From positions 25,593 through 89,592 of the forward strand of contig DATKFU010000290.1 of assembly GCA_035511215.1 (NCBI GenBank): DNA of 64,000 nucleotides, given 5' to 3'. Made by a program: the position numbers and the translations under genes. The notes beneath the pieces were generated by a model. That model searched no databases and had not been told where the DNA came from. It saw nothing but the letters and a program-made list of their open reading frames with translations. Origin of the DNA: Bryobacteraceae bacterium (lineage in GTDB: Bacteria > Acidobacteriota > Terriglobia > Bryobacterales > Bryobacteraceae). The first letter of the stretch is position 1; each line of letters opens with the position of its first letter. Positions 1 through 8,891 of the stretch are shown here, one piece after another.

Positions 1-259
1 GGGTCGGGTGCACGAGCAGGAGCGCACCGGCGCATCGGCGCTGATGATGCTGGTAGCGTTCGCGGCGCAGTTGGTGGCGTCGCTGGCCGGTGGGGCGGCC
101 ATCGCGAAGTTCGGATATTCCGCAATGTTGGCCTGCGCTGCCGGATTGGCGGCGGTGGCGGCAGTGGCGTTCCGCACATTGCCGGCGGGGCACGCGGTGG
201 CGGCGACGGGTAGCGCGGCGCAGCCGGCGTTGGTGCAAGCGCAGGTGACGGATGAGTGA
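1..259 (+). CDS. C-terminal fragment of a membrane transporter (MFS-like); 5' end lies outside the window
   Basis: Frame is open from the window edge to TGA 257-259. The translation is two Ala/Leu/Gly-rich hydrophobic helices (LMMLVAFAAQLVASLAGGAAIAKFGY, LACAAGLAAVAAVAF). Family call rests on composition only. Confidence 0.45.
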   Translation, partial: GRVHEQERTGASALMMLVAFAAQLVASLAGGAAIAKFGYSAMLACAAGLAAVAAVAFRTLPAGHAVAATGSAAQPALVQAQVTDE

Positions 260-383
260 AGAAGGGGACAACTTGCGCCACTGCGTCAGGGCGGGCAAGG
301 CGCGGATGGCGAGGCCAGGTACGACTTGGATGCCGGGCAAAAGCGCGATTACTTGGAGCGCCGGGCGCGAGGAGAGTGATGTG

Positions 384-750
384 ATGAATAGGTCGAAAGA
401 GCGAATGGCGAAAATGCCCAAGTTCCCGAACGAGGACGAGGAAGCGAAATGGTGGGCGAGTGGCGAGGGACGGGAGTTACTCAAGCAACAGTCTGCCGCA
501 GGGACTTCCCGGAAGCTGAAGGGATCGCCTCTCGTCGGCAACCTGAGCCGAGCGGCCAGTGTGCAGATTGCGCTTGCCCGCGCCGGATCTCGCCAAGGCG
601 CGCAAGATCGCCGGACGGAAAGGGATTGGTACCAAACGCTATTGAAAGATCCTCGTGCATTCCCTTTCCAGGGTCACCGGTCCGCGCCCGGCGATCAGCA
701 GAAAGGCTTACACCAACGCCGCCTCGATTGTCTCGATCGTCTGCGCCTGA
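384..750 (+). pseudogene. CopG/BrnA-like ribbon-helix-helix antitoxin disrupted by indels
   Basis: GGAGAG precedes ATG 384. Frame A reads MNRSKERMAKMPKFPNEDEEAKWWASGEGRELL...SVQI. The expected RHH string RLRLPAPDLAKARKIAGRKGIG is readable only in the +1 frame (568-630). YQTLLK then returns in frame A (630-647), and ILVHSLSR is again in the +1 frame. Confidence 0.55.
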
Positions 751-1823
751 TATCGCTCCAGACTGAATTCCGTGCGGGCCTTTGCGCGGGCATTTGCAGC
801 CACCTCGCGCAGGCGGTCCGGCTCTCGCAGCACATCCTGTAGGGCCGCGGCCAGCGCTTTGGGCGAATGGTCTTCCACCAGGAAACCGGTCACTCCATGC
901 TCGACGATCTCGGGAATTCCGCCGGAGGCGAAGGCCAGGACGGGCACCCCGGCGGCGAAGCCCTCCAGGATCACGCGCGGTGTCGCATCGACTGTTGTGG
1001 ACGGAACCACCAAGAGGTCCAGCGTAGCCAGCACGCCTTCCACATCCTCGGTCCAGCCGGTGAATTCCACGGGTAGGTCTTCAGCCAGCGCGGCGAGTTC
1101 CGCGCCGTATCGCATGGCCGCCGGGTTGGAAAACAGCGGCGCGCCGCATATGAGAAACCGGCACTGCGGCGCGGTTTTATGGAGGATGCGGGCCGCGCGC
1201 AACAAATCCGCTTGCCCCTTTTCCGGCGAGATGCGGCCGATCGTGCCGATGCGGAATTCCCCCGTTTCCGGACGGCTGCGAAGCGGCATCTGCCGCACGC
1301 CGTTGTAAACCACCAGCGGGCCGCGACCTCCGCAGTAGGGCGACAGCGGAGCCGCCACGAAGCGGCAGGAGGCCACCACCGCCGCGTGTGCCATGGCCAA
1401 TGCGCGTCCCGTCAGGCGCAGAGCGTTCCCGCTCAGCAAGCTGTGGGAATGAAACAGCACGCGCGGACGCGTACCGGCGCGGCTCACAGCATAGAGAGCC
1501 ACTGCCGGCAGCAGGCGTGGGCCGTTCACATAAATCAAGTCCGTGTTATAGCGCGCGGCCAGCCCGCGGATCGCACCGGACAGCCGCGGCGTTTCGGCTG
1601 CGAAGCGCGCCATGTCCGTGAGGGTTTTCTTGCCGGAGGAATACGGCCCGCACCGGATGGGATCGACGGTGGCGCCCATGGCGGCGGCCTTCTCCGCAAG
1701 TTGCCCGATAGGCGCGGCCAGGTGTATGCCCCATCCGCGGCCGGCCATGGCGGGCATCAGATCCAACAGACAACGCTGCGCGCCCCCTAACTCGCCGAAC
1801 TGGTCAAGACACAGGATGTTCAT
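708..1823 (-). CDS. Glycosyltransferase family 4 (GT1-type)
   Basis: 371 aa. N-terminus MNILCLDQFGELGGAQR; C-terminal GT1 signature EGFAAGVPVLAFASGGIPEIVEHGVTGFLVE. Overlaps the stop of the upstream gene by 20 nt on the same strand. Confidence 0.9.
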   Translation of the reverse strand: MNILCLDQFGELGGAQRCLLDLMPAMAGRGWGIHLAAPIGQLAEKAAAMGATVDPIRCGPYSSGKKTLTDMARFAAETPRLSGAIRGLAARYNTDLIYVNGPRLLPAVALYAVSRAGTRPRVLFHSHSLLSGNALRLTGRALAMAHAAVVASCRFVAAPLSPYCGGRGPLVVYNGVRQMPLRSRPETGEFRIGTIGRISPEKGQADLLRAARILHKTAPQCRFLICGAPLFSNPAAMRYGAELAALAEDLPVEFTGWTEDVEGVLATLDLLVVPSTTVDATPRVILEGFAAGVPVLAFASGGIPEIVEHGVTGFLVEDHSPKALAAALQDVLREPDRLREVAANARAKARTEFSLERYQAQTIETIEAALV

Positions 1824-3222
1824 GGCGCACCGCCACCGCCAGCACCCAGAAGTAGAGCGGCAACACCCGCCAGTAAGTCAGCAAGTCGCCCGTGAACATC
1901 TGCACCATCTGGCCGGCCCAAAACGCAAAAATCCAACCGCCAAAGAAACGGCGGCGCGGGTCCGTCGCCACCGCAGCGCGCCGCGCCGATCGCAGGATCT
2001 GCAGGCTCAGCCAAAGCATCGCCCCCAAGCCCACGATGCCGGTTTCCGCCAGCATGCTGAGGTACATATTGTCGGTTATCACCGTGCGGCCCAGGTATTC
2101 CGAATAGGGCAGTGTCTTGTATCCCACGCCGAACAGCGAGTGCCACGGGTGCTGCGCCAGAAAGCCGAGCACCTTACGCCAGCTCGCCACGCGTCCCGAA
2201 AGCAGCCCTTCGGCTTCGGAGAAAAGGTACTCGACGGACGTGGAGACGCGCATCCAGTAAGCGCCCGCGAATGCCGGCAGCAGCATGCGTACTGCCAGCG
2301 CCGCGGCCAACGCACCACCCGCCAGAGCCAGAAAAAACATACCTGTCCGGATACGGCTCCTGTTCAAATAGATCAGCACCGCGACGGCTGCCAAAACATT
2401 GAGCAAAGAGCCGCGCGAGTAGGAGAGCGCCAGGGCGGCGGCGAATACCATCCCGCCCAGCAATAACCCGTACCGCGAAACCGGGGCCTGTTTGCGCGGC
2501 GCGAGCAGTGCGGCTGCGATCATCGTGAGGAAGAACGCGCAAAAGTTGCCCAGCGTGCTGGCTTCGTAAAAAAGGCCCTGCGCCCGCCTGTAGACGCCGG
2601 AGCGGAGCCAGATGAACTGCGCGCCAAATCCGGCTGGCGCGGGGAACTGGAAATAGAAATCGACGCAGGCGAACAACGCGGAAGCCACGGCCATCCAGTA
2701 AAGCACGCGTGTCTGCGCGAACGCGTCTTGCGGCTCGCGGGAGCCCGGGCCGCAGGCTGCGTAGAAGAACACGTATACGGAAATGCCGAACAGCAGCACG
2801 CGCATCAGGCTCCCCAGCCCTACGGCGGCGCCCGAATAAAACACCGCCTCCGCGGCGCTTCCCAGCAGGATCAGGAAGAATATCCCGAACGCGCGGTTCA
2901 GCGGCGCACGCGGCGCGCGCCAGTCGCCCAGCCGCAGCAGTCCCGCCAGCAGGCCGGGCACTACGAAGACCAGCGCAGGATGCGGCCCGGAATTGCCCAC
3001 GCCAAAGGGTAGCGGCGGCAGCAGCAGCGCCGCGGCGAAGAACAATGTCAGCCAGCGGTCGCGCCCTAGTATCGCCCAGTAAGCGAAAGGCACGGCCGCC
3101 AGCGGCGCAGCCAGGGCCAATGCCACAACCGGTTTCGGCGCCAGCGCGATGGCCGCCGCGTAGCTGCCGGCGAGCGCCGGCGCGGCCCACCGCCACCGGC
3201 GCACCGCGGGCCGTTCAATCAT
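1804..3222 (-). CDS. O-antigen ligase/polymerase-like (Wzy_C domain) polytopic membrane protein
   Basis: About 10 predicted TM helices and a LALSYSRGSLLNVLAAV motif typical of the O-antigen ligase domain. Start chosen at ATG 3222 (MIERP...), which forms an ATGATTGA overlap with the Wzz-like stop at 3215-3217. The ORF track begins earlier, at 3282. Confidence 0.8.
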   Translation of the reverse strand: MIERPAVRRWRWAAPALAGSYAAAIALAPKPVVALALAAPLAAVPFAYWAILGRDRWLTLFFAAALLLPPLPFGVGNSGPHPALVFVVPGLLAGLLRLGDWRAPRAPLNRAFGIFFLILLGSAAEAVFYSGAAVGLGSLMRVLLFGISVYVFFYAACGPGSREPQDAFAQTRVLYWMAVASALFACVDFYFQFPAPAGFGAQFIWLRSGVYRRAQGLFYEASTLGNFCAFFLTMIAAALLAPRKQAPVSRYGLLLGGMVFAAALALSYSRGSLLNVLAAVAVLIYLNRSRIRTGMFFLALAGGALAAALAVRMLLPAFAGAYWMRVSTSVEYLFSEAEGLLSGRVASWRKVLGFLAQHPWHSLFGVGYKTLPYSEYLGRTVITDNMYLSMLAETGIVGLGAMLWLSLQILRSARRAAVATDPRRRFFGGWIFAFWAGQMVQMFTGDLLTYWRVLPLYFWVLAVAVRHEHPVS

Positions 3223-4324
3223 CGCCGGTCCATTTTGAAGAGGGGGTCGCGCGCAGAACCGCGGCGGGCCGCGCCACGGCACGCTGGGTCCGAAAACTCA
3301 GCTCCAGCGTCAAGTAGACGACCGGCACCACCAGGCCCAACAACAGCGCCGCCAGCAAGCGCAACGGGACGTTGGGGCCCGATGGCTGCTCGGGAACGAT
3401 GCCCGGATCGACGATCTTCAACCGCTCGCTGCGATATCCGCGATCCGAACGCACCTGGCTTAACCGGGACTCGACTGTCGCGTAGGCCTCCCGGCTGGCC
3501 ATTCGTTCGCTCTCCACGCGGTCGCGTTCGGCCATGCGGCGCGCCAGCAGTTCTTCCTTGGCGGGCAGATCCCGCTCCAATTGGCCAAGCTGCTTGCGCA
3601 GAGTATCGGCGCGGGCACGGCTGGCGGCGGCTTCGTGCGGGTCGCCCCCGGAAGCATCGGTCTCGGCACGAAACAGTTGCCGCTCCAGGCTGTTCTTCAG
3701 TTCGCCGCCGCTTTGAACCTCCCGTTCCAATCCCTCGACAGGCTGTTGTGCGGTAATGCGGGTCCACGCGGCTTCACTCCGGTCCAGGCGCGCCTGCGCA
3801 TCCGCTTCCTGCTTCTCGATCGTTTGCGAGAGATCCTGGTCGGCTTCCTGGTCCACGGAGCGGCTGAGCGTAACGGTCTCCTCGCCCAGATACTGCGCCA
3901 GCGCCTGCGCGGTCTTCGGATCGGGCAGGGTGACCTTGATCTCCAGAATCTTGGTGTCCCGTACCATCCCGACCTTCAGGATTCCGGTTTGGAGCGACTC
4001 GATGGATCGGCCCGGGAAGCGTTGCCGCAACTGAAATCGATCCAGCGCGCGCAGGAACAGGCTGTCGCTGCCCGCGAAATGTTCATAAGTCTTAAGCGAC
4101 TCTAAGTAGATGGGACTTACCGCCAACGCGCTGCGGATATCGGTGCCCGCCGGCGGCTCGATCAGAATGCGGCAGGTGGCCGTATACTGCTTGGCACGTA
4201 ACAGAGTGACACCTAGAGCCAGACTCACGGCAATCCCACAGGATGCCGCGACGAAGCGCCAGCGCGATGCCAGGAAGCTCAGATAGCGATAGGTGTTTAC
4301 AGAATCCTCCATGCTGGAGAGCAT
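3215..4324 (-). CDS. Wzz/GumC-like polysaccharide chain-length determinant, with no kinase domain
   Basis: N-terminal Wzz motif region YRYLSFLASRWRFVAASCGIAVSLALGVTLLRAKQYTATCRILIEPP. Long charged coiled-coil middle and a C-terminal TM segment LRLLAALLLGLVVPVVYL. No Walker A box seen. Confidence 0.8.
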   Translation of the reverse strand: MLSSMEDSVNTYRYLSFLASRWRFVAASCGIAVSLALGVTLLRAKQYTATCRILIEPPAGTDIRSALAVSPIYLESLKTYEHFAGSDSLFLRALDRFQLRQRFPGRSIESLQTGILKVGMVRDTKILEIKVTLPDPKTAQALAQYLGEETVTLSRSVDQEADQDLSQTIEKQEADAQARLDRSEAAWTRITAQQPVEGLEREVQSGGELKNSLERQLFRAETDASGGDPHEAAASRARADTLRKQLGQLERDLPAKEELLARRMAERDRVESERMASREAYATVESRLSQVRSDRGYRSERLKIVDPGIVPEQPSGPNVPLRLLAALLLGLVVPVVYLTLELSFRTQRAVARPAAVLRATPSSKWTGDD

Positions 4325-4347
4325 GCCTGTGAGATAGTGTAGCCTAT

Positions 4348-6261
4348 ATGGCCCTGCTGCTGGCCGTCGTCATGGCGTTAATCCCGCTGGCCATTGCTCC
4401 CGGATGGTTTTTTTACTTCGATGTTACACCTAAGGTCGTGCTGCTCCTGTTGGGAGCCGCGGCGGCGGCCGTTTGGTGGGCGGCGTCCGCCACCTGCTGG
4501 ACGCCGGCGGGATTGTATCGAGCGTCGCGCGCGGCGCGCTGGTTCCTGATGGCGATAGGCGGCATGGCCGTGTCGCTGGTTGTCTCCACGCTGACCTCGG
4601 TAAATCCGGCGTTGTCGCTGGGGGGAAGTAACTGGCGCTACTGGGGCCTCGTGACGCAACTCGCGGCGCTGGGCTTCACGTATCTTGTGTGCGCGTGCTG
4701 CGCGGGCGAGGCTGGCCGGCTGCGCGTGGTGTTGCGCGGCATTGCGCTCAGTGGGCTGATCGTGGCGGCCTACGGGATCGCACAATATTTCGGATGGGAT
4801 CCGCTGTTGGACGCGCGCGGTTATCACGTTGGCGAAGGCATCTGGAGCATCGTGCGGCCGCCTTCCACGCTGGGTCATGCGGATTACTCCGCCAACTGGC
4901 TTCTATTCGTGGTGTTCGCGGGCGCGGCGCTGGCTGTCTCGGAACCACAGGCTCGCTGGCGGTGGCTCGCGTGGGCAGCCGCGGCGGCCGGTTCCGCTGC
5001 GATCGTCTTAAGCGGCACACGCGCGGCCATGATTGGAATGCTGGCCGGCGGCGTGTTTCTGACGGTGTTCCGGGGCTGGCTATGGGACTGGCTATCGAGA
5101 TCGTCGGGCAGGCGTTTTCGGCTGCCATACCTGGCACTGGCGTTGGCCATCGTGGCGGCAGCCGCGGCCTTCTACTTGTCTCCAGCCGGCGAGAAACTGC
5201 GGGCACGCGTCCACTGGGCGCGCGGCGAACCTGCCGGCGGGGCGCGCATTCTGCTGTGGCGCGACAGCCTGCGCATGGCTGCCGCACGCTGGCCGGCGGG
5301 ATACGGACCGGAAACCTTTATCCCCAGCTTCGCGCGCATTCAATCGGCGGACCTGAGCCGCGCCTATCCGGACTTCTATCACGAGTCGCCGCACAACATC
5401 TTCCTGGATGTGTTGGTAGCGCAAGGCGTGGCCGGGCCTGTGCTGCTGCTGGCGCTGGCCGCCAGCGGATTCGCGGCAGGCGTGGCCGGCCGGCGCGGTA
5501 CACCCCGGAATCCGGTGGCGGGCACGCTCGCAGCAGGGCTTGCGGCCATGACCATCAGCGAGCAATTCGCCTGCTTCACGCTGCCGACCGCGCTGGCGTA
5601 CTATGTAACCATCGCGATGCTGGTATCGCTCAGCGTCGGCGAGGCTCGTCGAACTTGGCCGCTTGGCCGGCGCTGGCTACGCGTGGCCGTCGCGATACCA
5701 TGCGCCTTCATCCTGGTATTCTCCGGCGTGCGCCTGGCGATGGCCGAAACCGCGCTCGCCGCGGTGCGGCGCGATCTGGACTCCGGTCAGGTCGGGGGCG
5801 CCTCCGAGCGCTATGCCGAGTACCAGAATTGGCGCTGGCCGGGTCCCAGCGCGGACCTGTGGTATTCGCGCCGCCTGGCTCAGATCTCCGGGACCAACAT
5901 CGAACGGGCCATGCGAGCGCAAGCCTTCCAGCAAGCCGGTTTGGCGGCCCAACGCGCCACCCAAACCACTGAAGCGGAATTTAACGCTTATTACAACGTA
6001 GCGGCATTCTACGCGCGCGTGAACGACTTCCCGCGCACCGAGCAGAGCTTGCGCGCCGCCATTTCTTACGCGCCGAACTGGTATAAGGCGCATTGGATGC
6101 TCGCCCTGGTCTTGCAGGCTGCATCGCGGCTGCCGGAGGCGGAAACGGAAGCGGCCACGGCCGTGGCGCTGGACGGCGCGAAACATCCGGAAGTTACCAG
6201 TACGCTCGAACACATTCGCGCTGCGATCCGCGCCGCGCCAGTGGAACCGCCGCACAAGTAA
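4348..6261 (+). CDS. O-antigen ligase-like (Wzy_C) membrane protein with a C-terminal TPR-like tail
   Basis: 637 aa with multiple TM helices and the motif LSGTRAAMIGMLAGG. The C-terminal soluble part (NAYYNVAAFYARVNDFPRTEQSLRAAISYAPNWYKAHWMLALVL) looks TPR-like. Only 23 nt separate it from the divergent Wzz-like start. Confidence 0.8.
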   Translation: MALLLAVVMALIPLAIAPGWFFYFDVTPKVVLLLLGAAAAAVWWAASATCWTPAGLYRASRAARWFLMAIGGMAVSLVVSTLTSVNPALSLGGSNWRYWGLVTQLAALGFTYLVCACCAGEAGRLRVVLRGIALSGLIVAAYGIAQYFGWDPLLDARGYHVGEGIWSIVRPPSTLGHADYSANWLLFVVFAGAALAVSEPQARWRWLAWAAAAAGSAAIVLSGTRAAMIGMLAGGVFLTVFRGWLWDWLSRSSGRRFRLPYLALALAIVAAAAAFYLSPAGEKLRARVHWARGEPAGGARILLWRDSLRMAAARWPAGYGPETFIPSFARIQSADLSRAYPDFYHESPHNIFLDVLVAQGVAGPVLLLALAASGFAAGVAGRRGTPRNPVAGTLAAGLAAMTISEQFACFTLPTALAYYVTIAMLVSLSVGEARRTWPLGRRWLRVAVAIPCAFILVFSGVRLAMAETALAAVRRDLDSGQVGGASERYAEYQNWRWPGPSADLWYSRRLAQISGTNIERAMRAQAFQQAGLAAQRATQTTEAEFNAYYNVAAFYARVNDFPRTEQSLRAAISYAPNWYKAHWMLALVLQAASRLPEAETEAATAVALDGAKHPEVTSTLEHIRAAIRAAPVEPPHK

Positions 6262-6321
6262 AATCTTACGCTTAGGCTTGGGTTAGCATAACTGGATCGA
6301 CTAAAATCAAAACGGAGGCAA

Positions 6322-7161
6322 ATGATGCGGTCAGTCGGTTTGGTTCTCGGGATGTTAGTTTGCGTGTCTCTCGCGCATGCGCAGCCAGCGGTTGGCGCGG
6401 GCGGCGTGGTTAACGACGGCAGCTACTCCTCACAAGGGGTCGCGCCCGGATCTATCGTGGCGATCTTTGGCACGGACTTGGCCACCACCATACCCCAACC
6501 AAATACCATCCCGCTATCCACCACGTGGAGCGATGTTATGTCGGTAGCCTTCAACAACATTCCCGCGGGGCTGTTTTATGTAAGTGCCGGGCAAATTAAC
6601 GCGCAGCTACCGTTTAACGTGCTGCCGGCCGGCCAGACCAGCGGCACGGTTAACATCGTGGTCACCCGCAGCAGTGGCGCGTCGGCCCCGCAGACTGTGA
6701 ACGTAGTCCCGGTGTCGCCTGGTATATTCACGGCGAATGCAACCGGGCTTGGCCAGGCTCTGGCATACGACAACAGCACTAACCTGGTCGCGGCGGCGGT
6801 CGGCTCTGTGCCTGGACTTACTACGGCCCCCATCTCGATCAGTTCCGGACATGCCCTGATCATTGCGTGCACCGGACTGGGCGCGGTGACCCCGCCGACA
6901 GGCAGCTCACCTATCGGCAACAACCTGCCCGCGCCGGCGGCCGGTGGCCAATTCTGGAACACCGCGCTGCAGCCGACTGTCATGATCGGCGGCGTCAAGG
7001 CGACGCCCGTCTATTCCATACTCTCGCCCCAATTCGTCAGTGAGTATCAGATTGGTGTGGTACCCGGCGCCGGCACGCCCACAGGCAACGCGGTGCCGAT
7101 ACAAATCACGATCGGCACTGTGACGACGTCGGACCAGGTCACCATCGCGGTGGTCCCATAG
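6322..7161 (+). CDS. Secreted protein with a Solibacter-type C-terminal domain (TIGR03437-like, Ig-like)
   Basis: Signal peptide MMRSVGLVLGMLVCVSLAHA. Family-typical strings: GGVVNDGSYSSQGVAPGSIVAIFGTDLA, FYVSAGQINAQLPFNV, SPGIFTANATGLGQA, SEYQIGVVPGAGTPTGNAVPIQITIG. An ACGGAGG Shine-Dalgarno lies upstream. Confidence 0.7.
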   Translation: MMRSVGLVLGMLVCVSLAHAQPAVGAGGVVNDGSYSSQGVAPGSIVAIFGTDLATTIPQPNTIPLSTTWSDVMSVAFNNIPAGLFYVSAGQINAQLPFNVLPAGQTSGTVNIVVTRSSGASAPQTVNVVPVSPGIFTANATGLGQALAYDNSTNLVAAAVGSVPGLTTAPISISSGHALIIACTGLGAVTPPTGSSPIGNNLPAPAAGGQFWNTALQPTVMIGGVKATPVYSILSPQFVSEYQIGVVPGAGTPTGNAVPIQITIGTVTTSDQVTIAVVP

Positions 7162-7180
7162 GACAGAGCTAGCTAGAAGA

Positions 7181-7213
7181 GGCAGACCACGAAAGACGAT
7201 GGTCTGCCCCACC
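7181..7213 (-). repeat. Single-hairpin relative of the GTGGGGC-box element; candidate bidirectional terminator between convergent genes
   Basis: Perfect 8-bp inverted repeat ggcagacc (7181-7188) / ggtctgcc (7201-7208) with a 12-nt loop. The minus strand reads gtggggcagacc...ggtctgcc. Confidence 0.5.
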
Positions 7214-7222
7214 ATTTATCGA

Positions 7223-8101
7223 CTAAGCGAGGCGGCGCCCCGCCAGCTTTTCCAAAATCGCAATGGGCGCCCGCTCCGGTACGGTCAGCGCATCCCGCGG
7301 TACGATCAGCGTTTGCTCCATAGCGAACTGGCCGGATTCCACAGCATGCGGGACCACGTCCGTGAAGGCCATCCAGGCCGCGCCGGGCTGGAATTCCAGC
7401 CGGTACTTCGGGCCGTTGGACTGGAATTCCGCATTGCCCTTCAGATAGTCGTGAAACGCCAGCATGAATTCGTCATAGGCGGACCGGTCCGCCAGCGGCA
7501 GGCCCAGACGGCGCAGCAGGTTCTTGCCCAGCCGCCCGCGGCCCGCAATCCGCCCTAGGCCGGCAGCCGCGGCGTAACGCGGGGCCAGGCTTGCGAATGG
7601 ATCCGAAGTCCACCAGACGCGCGGCCTGGCGGGATGCAGATTCCAAAAAGTGCGTAGGATCAGGCCGCCGCGAGTGGGCCGCGTAGGGAAAGCGTCGGTA
7701 TGCAACAGGTCGTTGCGCTTCTTGAGGGGCAGTTTTCTGCCGGCTTCCTCTATGGGACGGAGGCTGGCATAATCCAAACTCCAGCGCTGGCGGTAACGGG
7801 GCAAAAGGCGCGCGGCGCTCTCGATGGCCGACTCCGAATAGCGCCGCAGAATCGCATGCAGCCGCTCCCGCGTGGGTGCCGCTGTCTTGTCCAGCCCCGA
7901 CACTTTGTCTTGCTGGGGCCTGTAAGATATGTTCTTGTGATGGCCGCCGCTTTGCCGGATACCCTGAATCAGCTCGCGGTCTTCCGCGCTCAGTGCAAGC
8001 GGCGCATCCGGCAGAACGAGAACGTTGCCGGTTTCCAGAACCTCGTAAGGATCGATCCCGGGCGCGAGTGGGATGGCTTGCATGACGGACCTCGCAGCCA
8101 T
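7223..8101 (-). CDS. Kdo hydroxylase (KdoO)-like Fe(II)/2-oxoglutarate dioxygenase
   Basis: Architecture matches the Kdo_hydroxy family: LETGNVLVLPD, KNISYRP, RPIEEAGRKL, LHTDAFPTRPTRGGLILRTFWNLHP (HxD metal motif), YDEFMLAFHDYLK, FTDVVPHAVESGQFAMEQT (distal His). Start is ATG 8101, or ATG 8083 with GAGG 6 nt upstream. The track ORF start at 8596 overlaps the upstream gene and is rejected. Confidence 0.7.
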   Translation of the reverse strand: MAARSVMQAIPLAPGIDPYEVLETGNVLVLPDAPLALSAEDRELIQGIRQSGGHHKNISYRPQQDKVSGLDKTAAPTRERLHAILRRYSESAIESAARLLPRYRQRWSLDYASLRPIEEAGRKLPLKKRNDLLHTDAFPTRPTRGGLILRTFWNLHPARPRVWWTSDPFASLAPRYAAAAGLGRIAGRGRLGKNLLRRLGLPLADRSAYDEFMLAFHDYLKGNAEFQSNGPKYRLEFQPGAAWMAFTDVVPHAVESGQFAMEQTLIVPRDALTVPERAPIAILEKLAGRRLA

Positions 8102-8121
8102 CTTACCACCGCCGCTACGCG

Positions 8122-8871
8122 CTACCAGGCGTTCCGGCCGCTCCAGATCTCGGGCAGGGTCCAAAGCAGAATCCGAAAATAGAGCTTGAGCGATCGGTTC
8201 CGCACCAGCGCCAGATCCAGGTCGCGACGCTGTTCGTAAGTCAGCCGGCTGCGTCCCATAATCTGCCACAGGCCAGAGAGGCCCGGCTTCACTTCCAGCA
8301 CCTCGGCCGCGTGGGGGCAATAGTGCGATTTCCACTCGGAGTCCGTGATCGGCCGCGGACCTACCAGCGACATCTCTCCCCGCACCACGTGCAGAAGCTG
8401 CGGCAATTCGTCGATCGAATGACGCCGGCAAAAGTGCGCGAAGCGACTCGAAATGCGCTGGTCCCGGACGCCCTTCTCGAGCGGGCCGCTCTCGTCTACG
8501 ATGTATTCCACCAGCGCGAAACTTACGGCAGGCTGCGCGCGCCGATCCTGCGAGCGCAGGGCTTGCGGCCACATGGTGCGGAACTTCAAAACCCAAAGCG
8601 GGCTGCCGCCGAGGCCCAACCGGCGATGCGCGACCAGCGGAGAAGTGCGGGACAGGATGGCGGTCGAAATCGCCACGATCAGCATGAAGGGCGCGAGCGC
8701 CAGCAGCGCGCCCGACGCCGCGATACGTTCCAGCGCGCTGAGCAGGCCCCAGTGCGGGGGGGAAGGCGCTTTTGCCCGCAAACTCTGACGGCTGGATAGG
8801 GCGGCTTTGCGATCGAGACCAATCATCACTTGCCGATTATGTCTCGCGCGGGGTACACAAGTAGTGCGCAA
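8122..8871 (-). CDS. Initiating sugar-phosphate transferase (Bac_transf family, WbaP/ExoY-like small form)
   Basis: PLWVLKFRTM, DELPQLLHVVRGEMSLVGPRP and KPGLSGLWQIMGRS motifs, with one N-terminal TM segment. Alternative start at ATG 8826. Confidence 0.9.
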   Translation of the reverse strand: MRTTCVPRARHNRQVMIGLDRKAALSSRQSLRAKAPSPPHWGLLSALERIAASGALLALAPFMLIVAISTAILSRTSPLVAHRRLGLGGSPLWVLKFRTMWPQALRSQDRRAQPAVSFALVEYIVDESGPLEKGVRDQRISSRFAHFCRRHSIDELPQLLHVVRGEMSLVGPRPITDSEWKSHYCPHAAEVLEVKPGLSGLWQIMGRSRLTYEQRRDLDLALVRNRSLKLYFRILLWTLPEIWSGRNAW

Positions 8872-8891
8872 TTCGTAAATAGTTTGTGAAA

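Noticed and set aside
260-379. Possible BrnT-toxin C-terminal remnant (…EARYDLDAGQKRDYLERRARGE*)
   Set aside because: Only a KRD/KRE-type resemblance to the RIISARKATKRER tail of BrnT. This is too short and too weak to annotate, so it is mentioned only as context.
252-842. 196-aa ORF in the track covering the antitoxin-like region
   Set aside because: It is a composite. Its first 40 codons have no support, its middle is the indel-garbled antitoxin, and its last ~45 codons run antisense into the well-supported GT4 gene. It is better explained as the pseudogene at 384-750.
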